A DNA stretch of 52,194 bases from Candidatus Eiseniibacteriota bacterium. Its GTDB lineage: Bacteria > Eisenbacteria > RBG-16-71-46 > DASYSL01. The translations under genes were made by a program, and so were the position numbers. Under the pieces are notes generated by a model. That model was not told the DNA's origin, ran no database searches, and saw nothing but the letters and a program-made list of their open reading frames with translations. Every line of letters begins with the position of its first letter. Within the stretch, counting starts at the first letter, position 1. The DNA lies in NCBI GenBank assembly GCA_031431875.1, contig JANPEF010000144.1:1-52194 (forward strand), written 5' to 3'. Below are positions 8,733-18,309 of this stretch, in pieces.

Positions 8733-9634
8733 GGCACGATCTGCGCAAACGTCGAGACGACGAGGTCCGTGCCACCGCTCGCCTTGATTGCCGGGATGAG
8801 GAGCGGCAGGTCGGCGCGCCGAACCGCCGCCTTTACCGCGTAGCCCGCACCGGCGTGAAGCGGCGCCACCGTCGGCTCGCGCATCGCCGGCAGCACGGCG
8901 ACGAGCGCCTCGAGCCGCGAGCAGCTCACGTTGACCTCGAGCATGACGCGATCGCGTGCCTCGATCACGGAGCGGAGCAGAAGCGCGAGCCTGTCGATCG
9001 CCTCACGCCGGCGCGGGTCGTCGAGCGCCGCGGGATTCGCATAGAGACGCGTCGACGAGGCCATGAGTTCGTCGATCTCGGCGAGCCCGTGCGCCGCGAG
9101 CGTCGCGCCGGTGGCCGTGTTGTCGACGATCGCATCGGCGTCCTCGGGCGGGAACACCTCCGTCGCGCCGTAGGAGCGGACGCACGTCGCGTCGAGCCCG
9201 CGGGCAGCGATCCAGCGTGACGTCAGCGCGTCGTACTCCGACGCGACGACGAGCCTGCGCGCCGGCAGGCGTCCGCCCTCGAGCAGCGCGATCGGCGCAG
9301 CCGCAACCAGGCGCACCGGGTCGAGGCCGGTGTCGAGCACCTCGACGACGTCCGCCCCCAGTTCGGCGACCCAATCGGCGCCAGCGAAGCCCGCGTCGCG
9401 CGACCCGACGTGGAGCATCTCGACGATGTTCTGTGGTTTCAGGATCTTCGCGGCGTATCCGGGCAGCGAGAGCGTCGGCTGGTAGCTCCGCGTGCCGGCG
9501 CGCACCTGGATGCCGGCGTCGGAGAGGAGAGCGAAGACCCCACCCTGCATGCGGCCCTTGGGCAACGCGAGGCGAAGCGATGCGGCGGTCGCGGTGATGC
9601 GACCGGTCGTGGAGGCGGTGGCGTCAGCAAGCAT
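8729..9634 (-). CDS. hisG: ATP phosphoribosyltransferase, long form
   Basis: LALPKGR, YGATE, DAIVD.TATGATL, plus C-terminal regulatory domain. Confidence 0.95.
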   Translation of the reverse strand: MLADATASTTGRITATAASLRLALPKGRMQGGVFALLSDAGIQVRAGTRSYQPTLSLPGYAAKILKPQNIVEMLHVGSRDAGFAGADWVAELGADVVEVLDTGLDPVRLVAAAPIALLEGGRLPARRLVVASEYDALTSRWIAARGLDATCVRSYGATEVFPPEDADAIVDNTATGATLAAHGLAEIDELMASSTRLYANPAALDDPRRREAIDRLALLLRSVIEARDRVMLEVNVSCSRLEALVAVLPAMREPTVAPLHAGAGYAVKAAVRRADLPLLIPAIKASGGTDLVVSTFAQIVP

Positions 9635-9681
9635 CGGAGCTCCGTTCGGGAATGGCCCCGCGGCTCCGGCATCGTGACTCC

Positions 9682-9714
9682 AAACACGAACGCCGGCCCG
9701 AAGGGGCCGGCGTT
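9682..9714 (-). terminator. his operon attenuator terminator hairpin
   Basis: AACGCCGGCCC-CTTC-GGGCCGGCGTT followed by CGTGTTT, between leader peptide and hisG. Confidence 0.75.
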
Positions 9715-9748
9715 GGCGTTCACTCGCCTGGCGAGCGACATCAATCCA

Positions 9749-9808
9749 TCATCCGACCCGCGGAATGGTGTGGTGGGGATGATGGGAATGTCGCTGGACG
9801 AGGATCAT
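9749..9808 (-). CDS. hisL: his operon leader peptide MILVQRHSHHPHHTIPRVG
   Basis: Hand-translated 19-aa ORF with 5 His in a 7-codon stretch, upstream of the terminator and hisG; upstream TTGACG-17nt-CAACAT promoter-like sequence. Confidence 0.85.
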   Translation of the reverse strand: MILVQRHSHHPHHTIPRVG

Positions 9809-9924
9809 GGCGAAGGGAATGTTGCCATGGCGTCGGTGGAGCGTCAAGGCGCAAACGGGCTCTTCCGAGCCTCGCCGCGCGTCTGGACTATGAATTGACC
9901 TCGCCTCGGGTCTTCCGGCGCGGA

Positions 9925-10917
9925 TCACCGATTCCTGGGAGGTCGGGCTGCGAGCTTCGCCGATCGCACCTCCCCGGCGGGCAGCTCTCGCCCGAGAAAG
10001 AACCCGTCGTCGCCCAGCCCCTGGTACAGCGGCATCACCAGCAGGCAGTCCTCGGGCGCGCGGATCTCGCCGCGGCGGTCGCAGGCCAGCAGCGTGCCAC
10101 CGGCGATCGGCTGCAGGTTGGCGAAACCCGGCACCATCTTGAACTCATCCTCGGGGACGATGCCGTGGCGATGGTAGACCTCGATGGCGTGCGGCAGTCC
10201 GTGGCGCGCGTTCGCCAGCGTGGAGCGGATCTCTGCGAGGTCGGGCAGCGCCTCGGCGGCGAGAACACCGGCTGCGACAAGGGCGATCCACAGCACCGCC
10301 TCGTGGTGATCGATCGCTGCGGCCGCCTCGTTCTGCCCGCCCTCGACGGCAATGCCGAGCACGCCGTGCTGCGCGAGATACGGCATGAGCGCGCTCGACA
10401 GCTTGCCGATCAGCCCGAAGAACACGGGGAGTGGAAAGGTGAGCGCGAATGCCTGCGCGCGTTCGATCCCGTCGGCGACGACGAACGGCACGCCCGGCGC
10501 CGACGTCGTGTGCAGGTCGACGAAGTAGCGCGCGTCGGCCGGCGCGCCCGCGAAGGCGTCGTCGATCGTCGCCTTGAGCTCGGCCTGCTCGCGGTCCTCG
10601 GCCCGCGACTGTGCCAGGTCAGGCAACGCGGTCAGCACCTCGTCGCTCCATCCCCGGTTGAGGTCGCGGACGAGGAAGCGCGCGCCGGTGGCGAGCGCCG
10701 CCTGGTTGCCGACAAGTGCCACGAACGTGCCGCGCATCAGCCCCCGCTCGACCATGCGCTCGCGCGCAAGGCGGGCCAGCACGCGCTCCGCGGCGAACAG
10801 TCCCGCCGGCTCGTTGCCGTGGATGCCGCCCAGCGCGACGAGGACGGGGCCGTGCGCCGCGCCCGGCGGCGAACCGACGCGCCCAAGCGTGCGCGGCCAG
10901 GCGCGCGGTTCAGCCAC
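9925..10917 (-). CDS. Succinylglutamate desuccinylase/aspartoacylase (AstE/AspA, M14-like) family deacylase
   Basis: GGIHGNE, RDLNR, VDLHTT, VEGG zinc-carboxypeptidase-fold motifs. Confidence 0.88.
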   Translation of the reverse strand: MAEPRAWPRTLGRVGSPPGAAHGPVLVALGGIHGNEPAGLFAAERVLARLARERMVERGLMRGTFVALVGNQAALATGARFLVRDLNRGWSDEVLTALPDLAQSRAEDREQAELKATIDDAFAGAPADARYFVDLHTTSAPGVPFVVADGIERAQAFALTFPLPVFFGLIGKLSSALMPYLAQHGVLGIAVEGGQNEAAAAIDHHEAVLWIALVAAGVLAAEALPDLAEIRSTLANARHGLPHAIEVYHRHGIVPEDEFKMVPGFANLQPIAGGTLLACDRRGEIRAPEDCLLVMPLYQGLGDDGFFLGRELPAGEVRSAKLAARPPRNR

Positions 10918-12817
10918 GCAGGCGCTCCTCGAGCAGCTGGCCCGCGATGTCCATGAAGTCGTCCTCGGTCACCACGCCCAGCAGGCGACCGTCGAGCACG
11001 ACGGGCAGGCAACCGACTCGCGCCTCACGCATGATCTCGATGGCGCGCAGCGTGCTCATGGTCGGGGCGATGACGATCGGGTCCTTCTTCATGATGTCGG
11101 CCACCGCGACCTCGTGCCAGTGCGCGTCGCCATCGCTGTTGGCGAGCAGGCGCAGCAGCGCGCGGTAGCTGACCAGGCCGACCAGGCGGTGCTCGGAGTC
11201 CTCGACCGGAACATGGCGGATCTTCTCCCACTCCATCAGTCGCGCCACCAGGTCGACCGGTTCGTCGGCGTGCACGGTGAACAGGTCGGTGGTCATGATC
11301 TGCTCGACCTTCAGGTAGTTGTTCTTCCAGCCGCCGCCCTCGTCAAGCCGGGCCGGCTCCCATTCGGACACGGGCTTCCCCGATCTCTGGCGCTGCACCG
11401 TCGCCAGCGTGAGGGCGTTGAGGCGCTCACCGGGCGTGCCGTGGTCCTTCATGGCGGCCAGCGAGTGAAGCATCCAGCGCGAGCCGGTGCGACCGCTCGC
11501 GACGCGCTTCTCGATCGTGCCCAGGTAGCGATCGCGGTCGGCGTTGTCGATGCCGGCGATCGCAAGTCCCTCGGCAGCCATCGGCAGCAGGCGCTCGAGG
11601 ATCAGCCTGGGGGCGGGAATCTCCTCGCCGTCGATCCACGTCAGCGGCGCGGCCAGCCCGTGACGCGCGGCGGAGACGAAGTTGTGCTTCGCCTGCTCGA
11701 ACTCCATCACGGCCGGCACGTGCTCGATGTGGCGCGGCACGGCCTTCATGAGCCCGAGCCAGAACGCCGCGTTCGCCACTTCGTCGAGCACGCACGGGCC
11801 CGAGGGCAGCACGCGGTTCTCGATCCTGAGGTGCGGCACGCCGTCGGTGACGCCAAAGCAGGCGCGGTTCCAGCGGTAGATCGTGCCGTTGTGCAGGCGC
11901 AGCGCCTTCAGGGCCGGCACGCGTCCCGCGGCGAGTGCGGCCACCGCGTCCTCGTCGAGGTCGGTGCCGACCAGGGCGCGGAAGCGCGAGATGTCCTCCT
12001 TGTAGATCTCGAGGATCGAGCGCTCCACCCAGCGGTTGCCGAACGTGACGCGCGGTGCCATCGTGCGCGCCTGCGACGGGTTCCGGCTGTCGACCGCCTG
12101 CTCGAACAACGGAATGCGCGTCTCGGCCCACAGGCGGCGGCCCCACAGGAGCGGCGAGTTCGTCGCCGCGGCCAGCACGGGCGCGGCCAGGAGCTGCGCG
12201 ACGTTGTAGACGTGCGCGAACTCCTTCGCCCCGACCTGCAGGTGCACCTGGAACGAGGCGTTGCACGCCTCGACCAGCACCGAATCATGTTGCGCGCGCA
12301 GGTCGTCGACGCCGCGGATGTCGATCATGAACTCGTCGCCGCGCAGGCGCGAGGTGGCCTCGTTGAGCGCGTGGTAGCGCGGCAGCGGCGTCATGGCTTC
12401 GCGGCCCAGGTCGGTCTTCCGCAGCGTGGGCAGGATGCCGGTGAGCACCAGGTCGTAGCCCAGCTCCGCGGCGCTCGTGCGCCCCAGCCCGACCAGCTTC
12501 TGCAGCTGCTTCTCGAGCCGCGACAGGCTGTCGCTCGAGAACGGCAGCGGGTCGGCGTTGATCTCGAGCTGAAAGAGCCCGAGTTCGGTGGTGAAGTGCG
12601 GGTCGTTCACGCGCTCGAGCACCTGCATCGCGCCGAGCGCGGGGTGGCCGCCGGCGTCGATGAGGAAGGCCTCCTGCTCGGCGCCGATGCGCGAGACGCC
12701 CTCCTCGAACGCTCCACGCTCGAGCATCAGCTCGAAGGCGCGCAGGTCCGACAGCAGCGCGCGCATGAACTCGCGCCGCTTCTCGCCGCTGAAAGGATCG
12801 ACCGCCGGGGCGCCCAT
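10910..12817 (-). CDS. Glutamate-cysteine ligase family 2 (carboxylate-amine ligase) with C-terminal CBS pair
   Basis: IGAEQE, TTELG.FQLE, SFQVHLQV, NSPLLWG, YRWNR, LRIENRVLP; two CBS repeats at the C-terminus. Confidence 0.88.
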   Translation of the reverse strand: MGAPAVDPFSGEKRREFMRALLSDLRAFELMLERGAFEEGVSRIGAEQEAFLIDAGGHPALGAMQVLERVNDPHFTTELGLFQLEINADPLPFSSDSLSRLEKQLQKLVGLGRTSAAELGYDLVLTGILPTLRKTDLGREAMTPLPRYHALNEATSRLRGDEFMIDIRGVDDLRAQHDSVLVEACNASFQVHLQVGAKEFAHVYNVAQLLAAPVLAAATNSPLLWGRRLWAETRIPLFEQAVDSRNPSQARTMAPRVTFGNRWVERSILEIYKEDISRFRALVGTDLDEDAVAALAAGRVPALKALRLHNGTIYRWNRACFGVTDGVPHLRIENRVLPSGPCVLDEVANAAFWLGLMKAVPRHIEHVPAVMEFEQAKHNFVSAARHGLAAPLTWIDGEEIPAPRLILERLLPMAAEGLAIAGIDNADRDRYLGTIEKRVASGRTGSRWMLHSLAAMKDHGTPGERLNALTLATVQRQRSGKPVSEWEPARLDEGGGWKNNYLKVEQIMTTDLFTVHADEPVDLVARLMEWEKIRHVPVEDSEHRLVGLVSYRALLRLLANSDGDAHWHEVAVADIMKKDPIVIAPTMSTLRAIEIMREARVGCLPVVLDGRLLGVVTEDDFMDIAGQLLEERLRG

Positions 12818-12822
12818 GCGCG

Positions 12823-13563
12823 TCAGGCCACCGGCGCGGCCGTGAGCTCGGCCAGGTACTGGGGGAACATGCGTCGCCACGTGGGCCAGTCGTGGTGCCA
12901 CTCGGTGCCCCAGGCGTCGACGCGGTTGGGGATGCCGCGCGTACCCAGGACGTGCGCCATGCGCCACGACTCGCCGATGTCCTCGGCGCGGCCCTGCCCC
13001 GAGGCGAGCACGATCATGCGCGTACGCAGCTTCTCGAGCAGCGGGCCTTCCAACTTCGGCAGGAAGTGCAAGGGCGAGGCGAAGTAGAAGTCGGCCGGCA
13101 CGCCGCCGGTGAGGAAGCGGGTCAGGTCGTACGTGCCCGACAGTCCGACCGCGTGGGTGAACACGTCGGGGTAGCGGCACAGCGCCGAGACCGCGTTGAA
13201 CGCGCCGATCGACGCGCCGGCGGTGATCACGCCGATGTCGGGATCGCGGCAGTCCTGGCGGATCGCGGGCACCACCTCGTGGCGGACGAACTCGTGGAAC
13301 TGGCCCTGGATCCACGCGCGGTGGCCGTCCGAGCCTTCGCCCTCGATCCATGTGCGCCCGGCGACGCTGTCGACCGAGTACACCTTGATACGCCCCGCCG
13401 CGATCAGGTCGCCCAGCGCTCCGATGACGTGCATGCGCTCGATCTCCTCGGCGTCGCCGCCGGCGGTGGGGAACAGCAACACGGGCGTGCCGAACGTGCC
13501 CCAGCGCACGACCGAGACGCGCCGGCCCAGGCGCTCCGAGTGCCAGCCGCTGGCGAGCTTCAT
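12823..13563 (-). CDS. Alpha/beta-hydrolase esterase family protein
   Basis: FPTAGG, GASIG nucleophile elbow, LSGTYD, HDWPTW. Confidence 0.88.
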   Translation of the reverse strand: MKLASGWHSERLGRRVSVVRWGTFGTPVLLFPTAGGDAEEIERMHVIGALGDLIAAGRIKVYSVDSVAGRTWIEGEGSDGHRAWIQGQFHEFVRHEVVPAIRQDCRDPDIGVITAGASIGAFNAVSALCRYPDVFTHAVGLSGTYDLTRFLTGGVPADFYFASPLHFLPKLEGPLLEKLRTRMIVLASGQGRAEDIGESWRMAHVLGTRGIPNRVDAWGTEWHHDWPTWRRMFPQYLAELTAAPVA

Positions 13564-14909
13564 CGCTTGTGCGCCTTTGGCGCACGGGGTTTGCGAGGTT
13601 TCTTTGCGGGCGCGGAGGGTGCGGCGGTGCCGGGCGCCGCGGCTGTCGCCGCGTGGACAAGTTCGCGCTCCACTCCCCCGGGTGCATCATCCCGCCACTG
13701 CTGGATCCGGCTCCAGAACAGCTCGGTGAAGCGCTCGACCTCGTGCGCGGGGTACAGCGCGGCGGTCTTCAGGCGCACGGCTTCCTTCGCCTCGGGCGAG
13801 CCGAAGAACTCCCAGGCGATCCCGGGCAGCCGCGCCAGGTGCTTCGCCTTGAACTCGGCGAAGCGATCGGCGTCGAGCCGCTGGCGCGCGATCGCCGCGT
13901 ACTGCGTCAGCTTCGCGGCAAACGGTTCGGACCCACGCGCGATCTCGTAGAACGGCGCCCAATCCAGGTTCGTGCGCATCGGGCGCTTCGTCGCCGCCAC
14001 GTACAGCGACCACTCGAGATTGGCCAGCACGAGCCACGGGAAGTGGTAGTGCAGCGAAGTGACCTGCGAATCCGGGCAGGCATTCGCGAAGTCGATCGGG
14101 TGCCACACGCCGTCCTTGGCCAGCGCCTCGCAGGAGTTGAAGTCCCAGCCGAAGAACGCGTTGATCACCAGCGTCATGTCGGCCAGTGTGCACGCGTCAG
14201 CGTCCCCGATGAAGTCGCGCTCCATCGTGTAACGATCGTGCAGCGGCTGCTCGGGGTCGTAGCGGATGATGCGCACCTGCGGGCCCAGGCCCACGGCGCG
14301 CACGAAGTGGTCGTAGGGCTCGATCGCCTCCTGCAGGTGCATGAGGTGCGTGCCGCTGGCCTCGTAGGCACGGCGCAGCGCGGCCTCGTCGTCGATGCGC
14401 GAGACGCCCTGCCAGCCGCCCCCGTCGTAGGGCTTCATGTACATCGGGTAGCCGAGCTTCGCCCCGACCGCGCCCAGGTCGAACATCTGCGCGTAGCGCT
14501 TGAGCGTGACCTCGAGGTCGGGCTTCGCCTCGTACGCCTTGGGCGGGACCATCCACGTGTCCGGCACCGGGAAGCCCAGCGCCATCATCGCGGCGTACGT
14601 CGTGTGCTTCTCCATCGACTGGATCGCCCACGGGTTGTTGAACACGTAGGTGCCGTCCATGAGGACGGACTTCTTGATCCACTCGCGGCTCGTCGAGTAC
14701 CAGTGCGTGAGGCGGTCGACCACCAGGTCGTACTTCGCCGGCGCGCGCAGGTCGAACGGCTCGATCGTCACGCGCTCGACGGCAAAGCGCACGACGTCCT
14801 TCCCCACGGGGATCGCGGGATCGAAGCGCTGGAGAATGCCCTCGTAGCACAGCGGCCAGCACAGGTCGGCGCCGAGCGAGAGCCCGATCCGGCGGGTGAT
14901 TTCGGACAT
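13560..14909 (-). CDS. RimK/glutathione-synthetase-like ATP-grasp ligase
   Basis: VFNNP...EKH, YPMYMKPYDGGGW, LQEAI, IDFANACPD; start at ATG 14909. Confidence 0.85.
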   Translation of the reverse strand: MSEITRRIGLSLGADLCWPLCYEGILQRFDPAIPVGKDVVRFAVERVTIEPFDLRAPAKYDLVVDRLTHWYSTSREWIKKSVLMDGTYVFNNPWAIQSMEKHTTYAAMMALGFPVPDTWMVPPKAYEAKPDLEVTLKRYAQMFDLGAVGAKLGYPMYMKPYDGGGWQGVSRIDDEAALRRAYEASGTHLMHLQEAIEPYDHFVRAVGLGPQVRIIRYDPEQPLHDRYTMERDFIGDADACTLADMTLVINAFFGWDFNSCEALAKDGVWHPIDFANACPDSQVTSLHYHFPWLVLANLEWSLYVAATKRPMRTNLDWAPFYEIARGSEPFAAKLTQYAAIARQRLDADRFAEFKAKHLARLPGIAWEFFGSPEAKEAVRLKTAALYPAHEVERFTELFWSRIQQWRDDAPGGVERELVHAATAAAPGTAAPSAPAKKPRKPRAPKAHKR

Positions 14910-15005
14910 GAACGTCTCTTCCGTGGTTCGGGGAATGCGGCGGTGCAGGTGCGTTCGTCGGGAGACTAGCGGACCCGGTCGGGCCGGTCTAGGGCCGCGC
15001 ACGAC

Positions 15006-16154
15006 CTACTCGTAGACCATCCACAACGGGCCCGGAAACAGCCACGACAGGCCCTCGCGCAGGCGGTCCCGCCAGTTCTCCCAGTTGTGCCCGTCGCGCG
15101 CCTCGACATATCGGACTTCCATGCCCGTCGCATCAAGAAGGGGCACGAGAGAGCGATTTTCATAGATCAACGATTCATATTGCCCGCAGCTGACGAACAC
15201 CTTCTCGGCGACGCGCAGCGGGCGATCCCGGTAGGCGTTCACGAACTCGACGATCGGCGCGAACGCGGGCCCACGCCGGCTGGCGCCGATGTCGGTGAAG
15301 GCGAACGAGCCCGATTGCAAGAGCAGGCGATCGAAGCGCCCCGGGTGCGCATACGCCGTGGCCAGCGCCGCGACGGCACCGAAGCTCGCGCCCATCAGCC
15401 CGCGCTTCCCCGGGTCAGGATCGATCGGCGCGATCCGCTCGACAAAGGGAACGAGTTCATCGACGAGGAAGCTCGTGTGCGCCGCATCGGAGGCGTACTC
15501 GCGCAGGCGATCGCCCGGGTACGTCAGCGCGACGATGATGTCCGCGACCTCGAGCCGGTGGATCAGGTTGTCGAGCACCGTCTTGAGCCCGGAGTACGCC
15601 AGGTAGTCGCCGCCATCGTGCACGACCAGCAGCGGGTAGCGGCGGTGGGCGCGAAAGCGCGCGGGCTTGTACAGCGTCACGCGCGCGTCCCGTCCCAGGG
15701 CAAGGCTCGGAAACACGTGGTCCTCGAGCATTCCTTCGCGCGCCTCGGGATCGTGCCGCGTCCACTCGGGCACCGCGTAGCCCACCCCCTGGCAGACCGA
15801 GTTCGCGCCGAACGGGTCGCGCGCCTTCAAGGGATTGCGCGGATCCTCGATCCACTCCCCCGCTCCGTCGCGCACGACCTCGATCTTGTATTCGACGCGC
15901 GACCGGGGCGGCAGTTCCAGCACGTGGGACCACAGGTCCGTGTTCGGCATGCGCGCAAACGGCTGCACCGCGGGGAGCCCGAACACGAAGTGACGCAGGT
16001 GGACTGCCTCGGCCTGGCCGCGCCAGACGAACGTGGCGCTCGTGCCCTCGATGAGGGGGAAGGCGTGCGACGCGAGGAAGCGGTCCACGGCGCCGGAATC
16101 GTACACCACCTCCTCCTCGAGGCGGCGGATGGCGAGACGGTGCTCGGCGCTCAC
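15006..16154 (-). CDS. Fes/enterochelin-esterase-like hydrolase with N-terminal CBM48/E-set-like domain
   Basis: TFVWRG...VEYKI...DPRNP N-domain; HDGGDY, GASFG, GHNWENW. Confidence 0.85.
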   Translation of the reverse strand: MSAEHRLAIRRLEEEVVYDSGAVDRFLASHAFPLIEGTSATFVWRGQAEAVHLRHFVFGLPAVQPFARMPNTDLWSHVLELPPRSRVEYKIEVVRDGAGEWIEDPRNPLKARDPFGANSVCQGVGYAVPEWTRHDPEAREGMLEDHVFPSLALGRDARVTLYKPARFRAHRRYPLLVVHDGGDYLAYSGLKTVLDNLIHRLEVADIIVALTYPGDRLREYASDAAHTSFLVDELVPFVERIAPIDPDPGKRGLMGASFGAVAALATAYAHPGRFDRLLLQSGSFAFTDIGASRRGPAFAPIVEFVNAYRDRPLRVAEKVFVSCGQYESLIYENRSLVPLLDATGMEVRYVEARDGHNWENWRDRLREGLSWLFPGPLWMVYE

Positions 16155-17089
16155 GCGACGCTCCCGGTCAGGACCTGCATTGCGCCTTCGGGATCGAGCA
16201 CCCGCACGCCGTCGTCGGCAGTCCAGGCGTGGCCGTCCGACAGCAGCTGCGCGCGGTCCTCGAGCAGAACACAGCGAGCGGGCGCGAAGCGCAGCGCGAG
16301 GATTTGCAACCGCACGGGATCCTCCAGATCAAGTCGCCGCCGCGCATGCGGGAACAGCACGAGGCCCGGGACGAGCCCGAGCCCGCGATCCAGCAGCTCG
16401 ACGTTTCCGCGGCCCTGCGGCGGCCGGTCGTGGAACAGCGCGATGCGCTCCCCGCAGACCATGGCCCCGCCCGACCACGCGACGACGGGCTTGTCGCCCA
16501 CCAGGTCCATGACTCCGAAGAGCCGCATGCGGTTGACGATCACCGCGACATGCCCGCCCGCGATCGCCAGTCCCGAGACCTCGGCGAGCTTGTGGGCCAG
16601 CCCGGTGCGTTCGGCCGCGACGGCGTCGCGCTCGAACGGACGCCATCGCTCGTGCCATGCGGCGTGAATCTCGCCCAGTCGATCCATGTGCCGGGCATCG
16701 AGTCGCCGCATCGCGTCGATCGCGTCGCGGCGCTCCGAAGCGATCGCGGGATCGTTCTCGGGCCGCGTGAACAGCTCCCGGCAGACGCGCTTCAGCGACT
16801 GCAGGCGGAACACGTACAGCTCCTGCAGCCGGCGGAACATCGCCTGGCGATCGCGGTGCGCCGCGGCCAGCTCGGGATCGCGGGCGAAGACAGTCTCGCC
16901 ACGGCGGTGCAGCTCGAGGTTCACGGCGCGGCCGGCGAGGTGATCGTGCAGCTCGTCGACCTCGGCCTCGCGCTCCTGCCAGCCGGCGGTGACCGTGGCG
17001 AACGAGCCGTCGATGCCGAGCGCGCGAACGGCCTCGGCGAGCGTGGGATCGAAGCGTTGCGGCCCGAGGAGGCCGATGCGTCGGCTCAC
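16151..17089 (-). CDS. Peptidase S51 (cyanophycinase/dipeptidase E, class I GATase-like fold) family protein
   Basis: TAGW, IAGGH, AWSGGAM Ser nucleophile, LFPH; GTG overlaps the upstream stop. Confidence 0.72.
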   Translation of the reverse strand: MSRRIGLLGPQRFDPTLAEAVRALGIDGSFATVTAGWQEREAEVDELHDHLAGRAVNLELHRRGETVFARDPELAAAHRDRQAMFRRLQELYVFRLQSLKRVCRELFTRPENDPAIASERRDAIDAMRRLDARHMDRLGEIHAAWHERWRPFERDAVAAERTGLAHKLAEVSGLAIAGGHVAVIVNRMRLFGVMDLVGDKPVVAWSGGAMVCGERIALFHDRPPQGRGNVELLDRGLGLVPGLVLFPHARRRLDLEDPVRLQILALRFAPARCVLLEDRAQLLSDGHAWTADDGVRVLDPEGAMQVLTGSVA

Positions 17090-18309
17090 GAAGCGCGCAC
17101 CTTCACCGTGCGGCCCACTTCGTCGAGAATCTCGCGCAGCGCGTCGTAGTCGGGATGGCGCATCCGCACCCACGCGTTTGCCATGTAGCCGGCCTCGACG
17201 GACTGGGTCGGCGTGCCCGCCGGCGGGAAGTGCGCGTCGATGACGAAGCCGCCGTATTTCGCCTGCATCTGCTCGACGCCTTCATAGCCGGCGATCCGTC
17301 CGTCGCGATCGGGCCGCAGCGCGATGAGACCCGCGGCGAAACGCCGCGAAGGCTTTTGCGCAACCCGACCGTGCACGATGGCCATGCCCCAGTCGCGGTA
17401 GAGGTCCATCTCGTTGGCGTGGCAGTACAGGTCCCACGTGCGCACGCCGGGCGGGCGGCAACCGATCTCGTTGAAGAGCAGGCCCTTGGGCCCGGCAAAC
17501 CATTCCATGTGCGTCGCCGAGGTGCCGATCCCGAGCAGCGGGAGGACGCGCCGCCCCATCTCCTTCAGCGCATCGTAACCAGGTGCGGTGTCGATGCGAT
17601 TGCTGACCACGACCTGCGGCGAGATCCAGCGCGTGCGCATCGCCTCGAGCACGTTCGGGTAGTAGTGGAGCGCGAACTCGTGGACGACCCGGCCGTCGAT
17701 CGTCAGCGTGTCGTAGACGCCCTCGTGTCCCTCGATGAACTCCTCGAGCGCGACCGAACGGCCAGCGGCCAGGCCGCTGGCCCGTATTGCTTTTTCCAAT
17801 TCTTCGTCATTATCCGCCCGGTGGGCACCCGACGCCCCGGCAGCGTCGCGCGGCTTGACGATCAGCGGGTAGCCGACCTCCTTCGCGAACGCGCGAGCCT
17901 CGTCGGGCGTATCGGCCCCGGTCGAGCGCGCACAGGCGATCCCACCGGCGCGCAGCACGTCCTTCATCGACGGCTTGTCGCGGCACAGCCACGTCGTCCG
18001 CGCCGAGGTGCCCAGAATACCGCACGCCTCGCGCACGTGCGCCGCGGCCATGACGTGCGCCTCGATCACCGCCTCGAGCCGGTCCATCGGCTCCCTGCCC
18101 TGCAGCCAGCGCACGGCCTTGAGCAACGCCGCCTCGTCGACCACCGAGCCGATCTGCTCGTAGTGCACCATCCAGCCCTTGAGGTCGTCGTCGAGCGCCT
18201 CCTTCGGGCGCTCACCGATGCCGATGACGCGCGCGCCGGCCTGGTGGAGCGCGCGCACGAACTCGCGCTGGTTCGCCGGAAAACACGGCTCGATGAAGAT
18301 GACGTTCAT
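17086..18309 (-). CDS. ATP-grasp domain ligase (L-amino-acid-ligase-like)
   Basis: RDKPSMK, YPLIVKP..AAG, LEEFIEG.E, THMEWF, EIGCRPPG. Confidence 0.9.
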   Translation of the reverse strand: MNVIFIEPCFPANQREFVRALHQAGARVIGIGERPKEALDDDLKGWMVHYEQIGSVVDEAALLKAVRWLQGREPMDRLEAVIEAHVMAAAHVREACGILGTSARTTWLCRDKPSMKDVLRAGGIACARSTGADTPDEARAFAKEVGYPLIVKPRDAAGASGAHRADNDEELEKAIRASGLAAGRSVALEEFIEGHEGVYDTLTIDGRVVHEFALHYYPNVLEAMRTRWISPQVVVSNRIDTAPGYDALKEMGRRVLPLLGIGTSATHMEWFAGPKGLLFNEIGCRPPGVRTWDLYCHANEMDLYRDWGMAIVHGRVAQKPSRRFAAGLIALRPDRDGRIAGYEGVEQMQAKYGGFVIDAHFPPAGTPTQSVEAGYMANAWVRMRHPDYDALREILDEVGRTVKVRAS

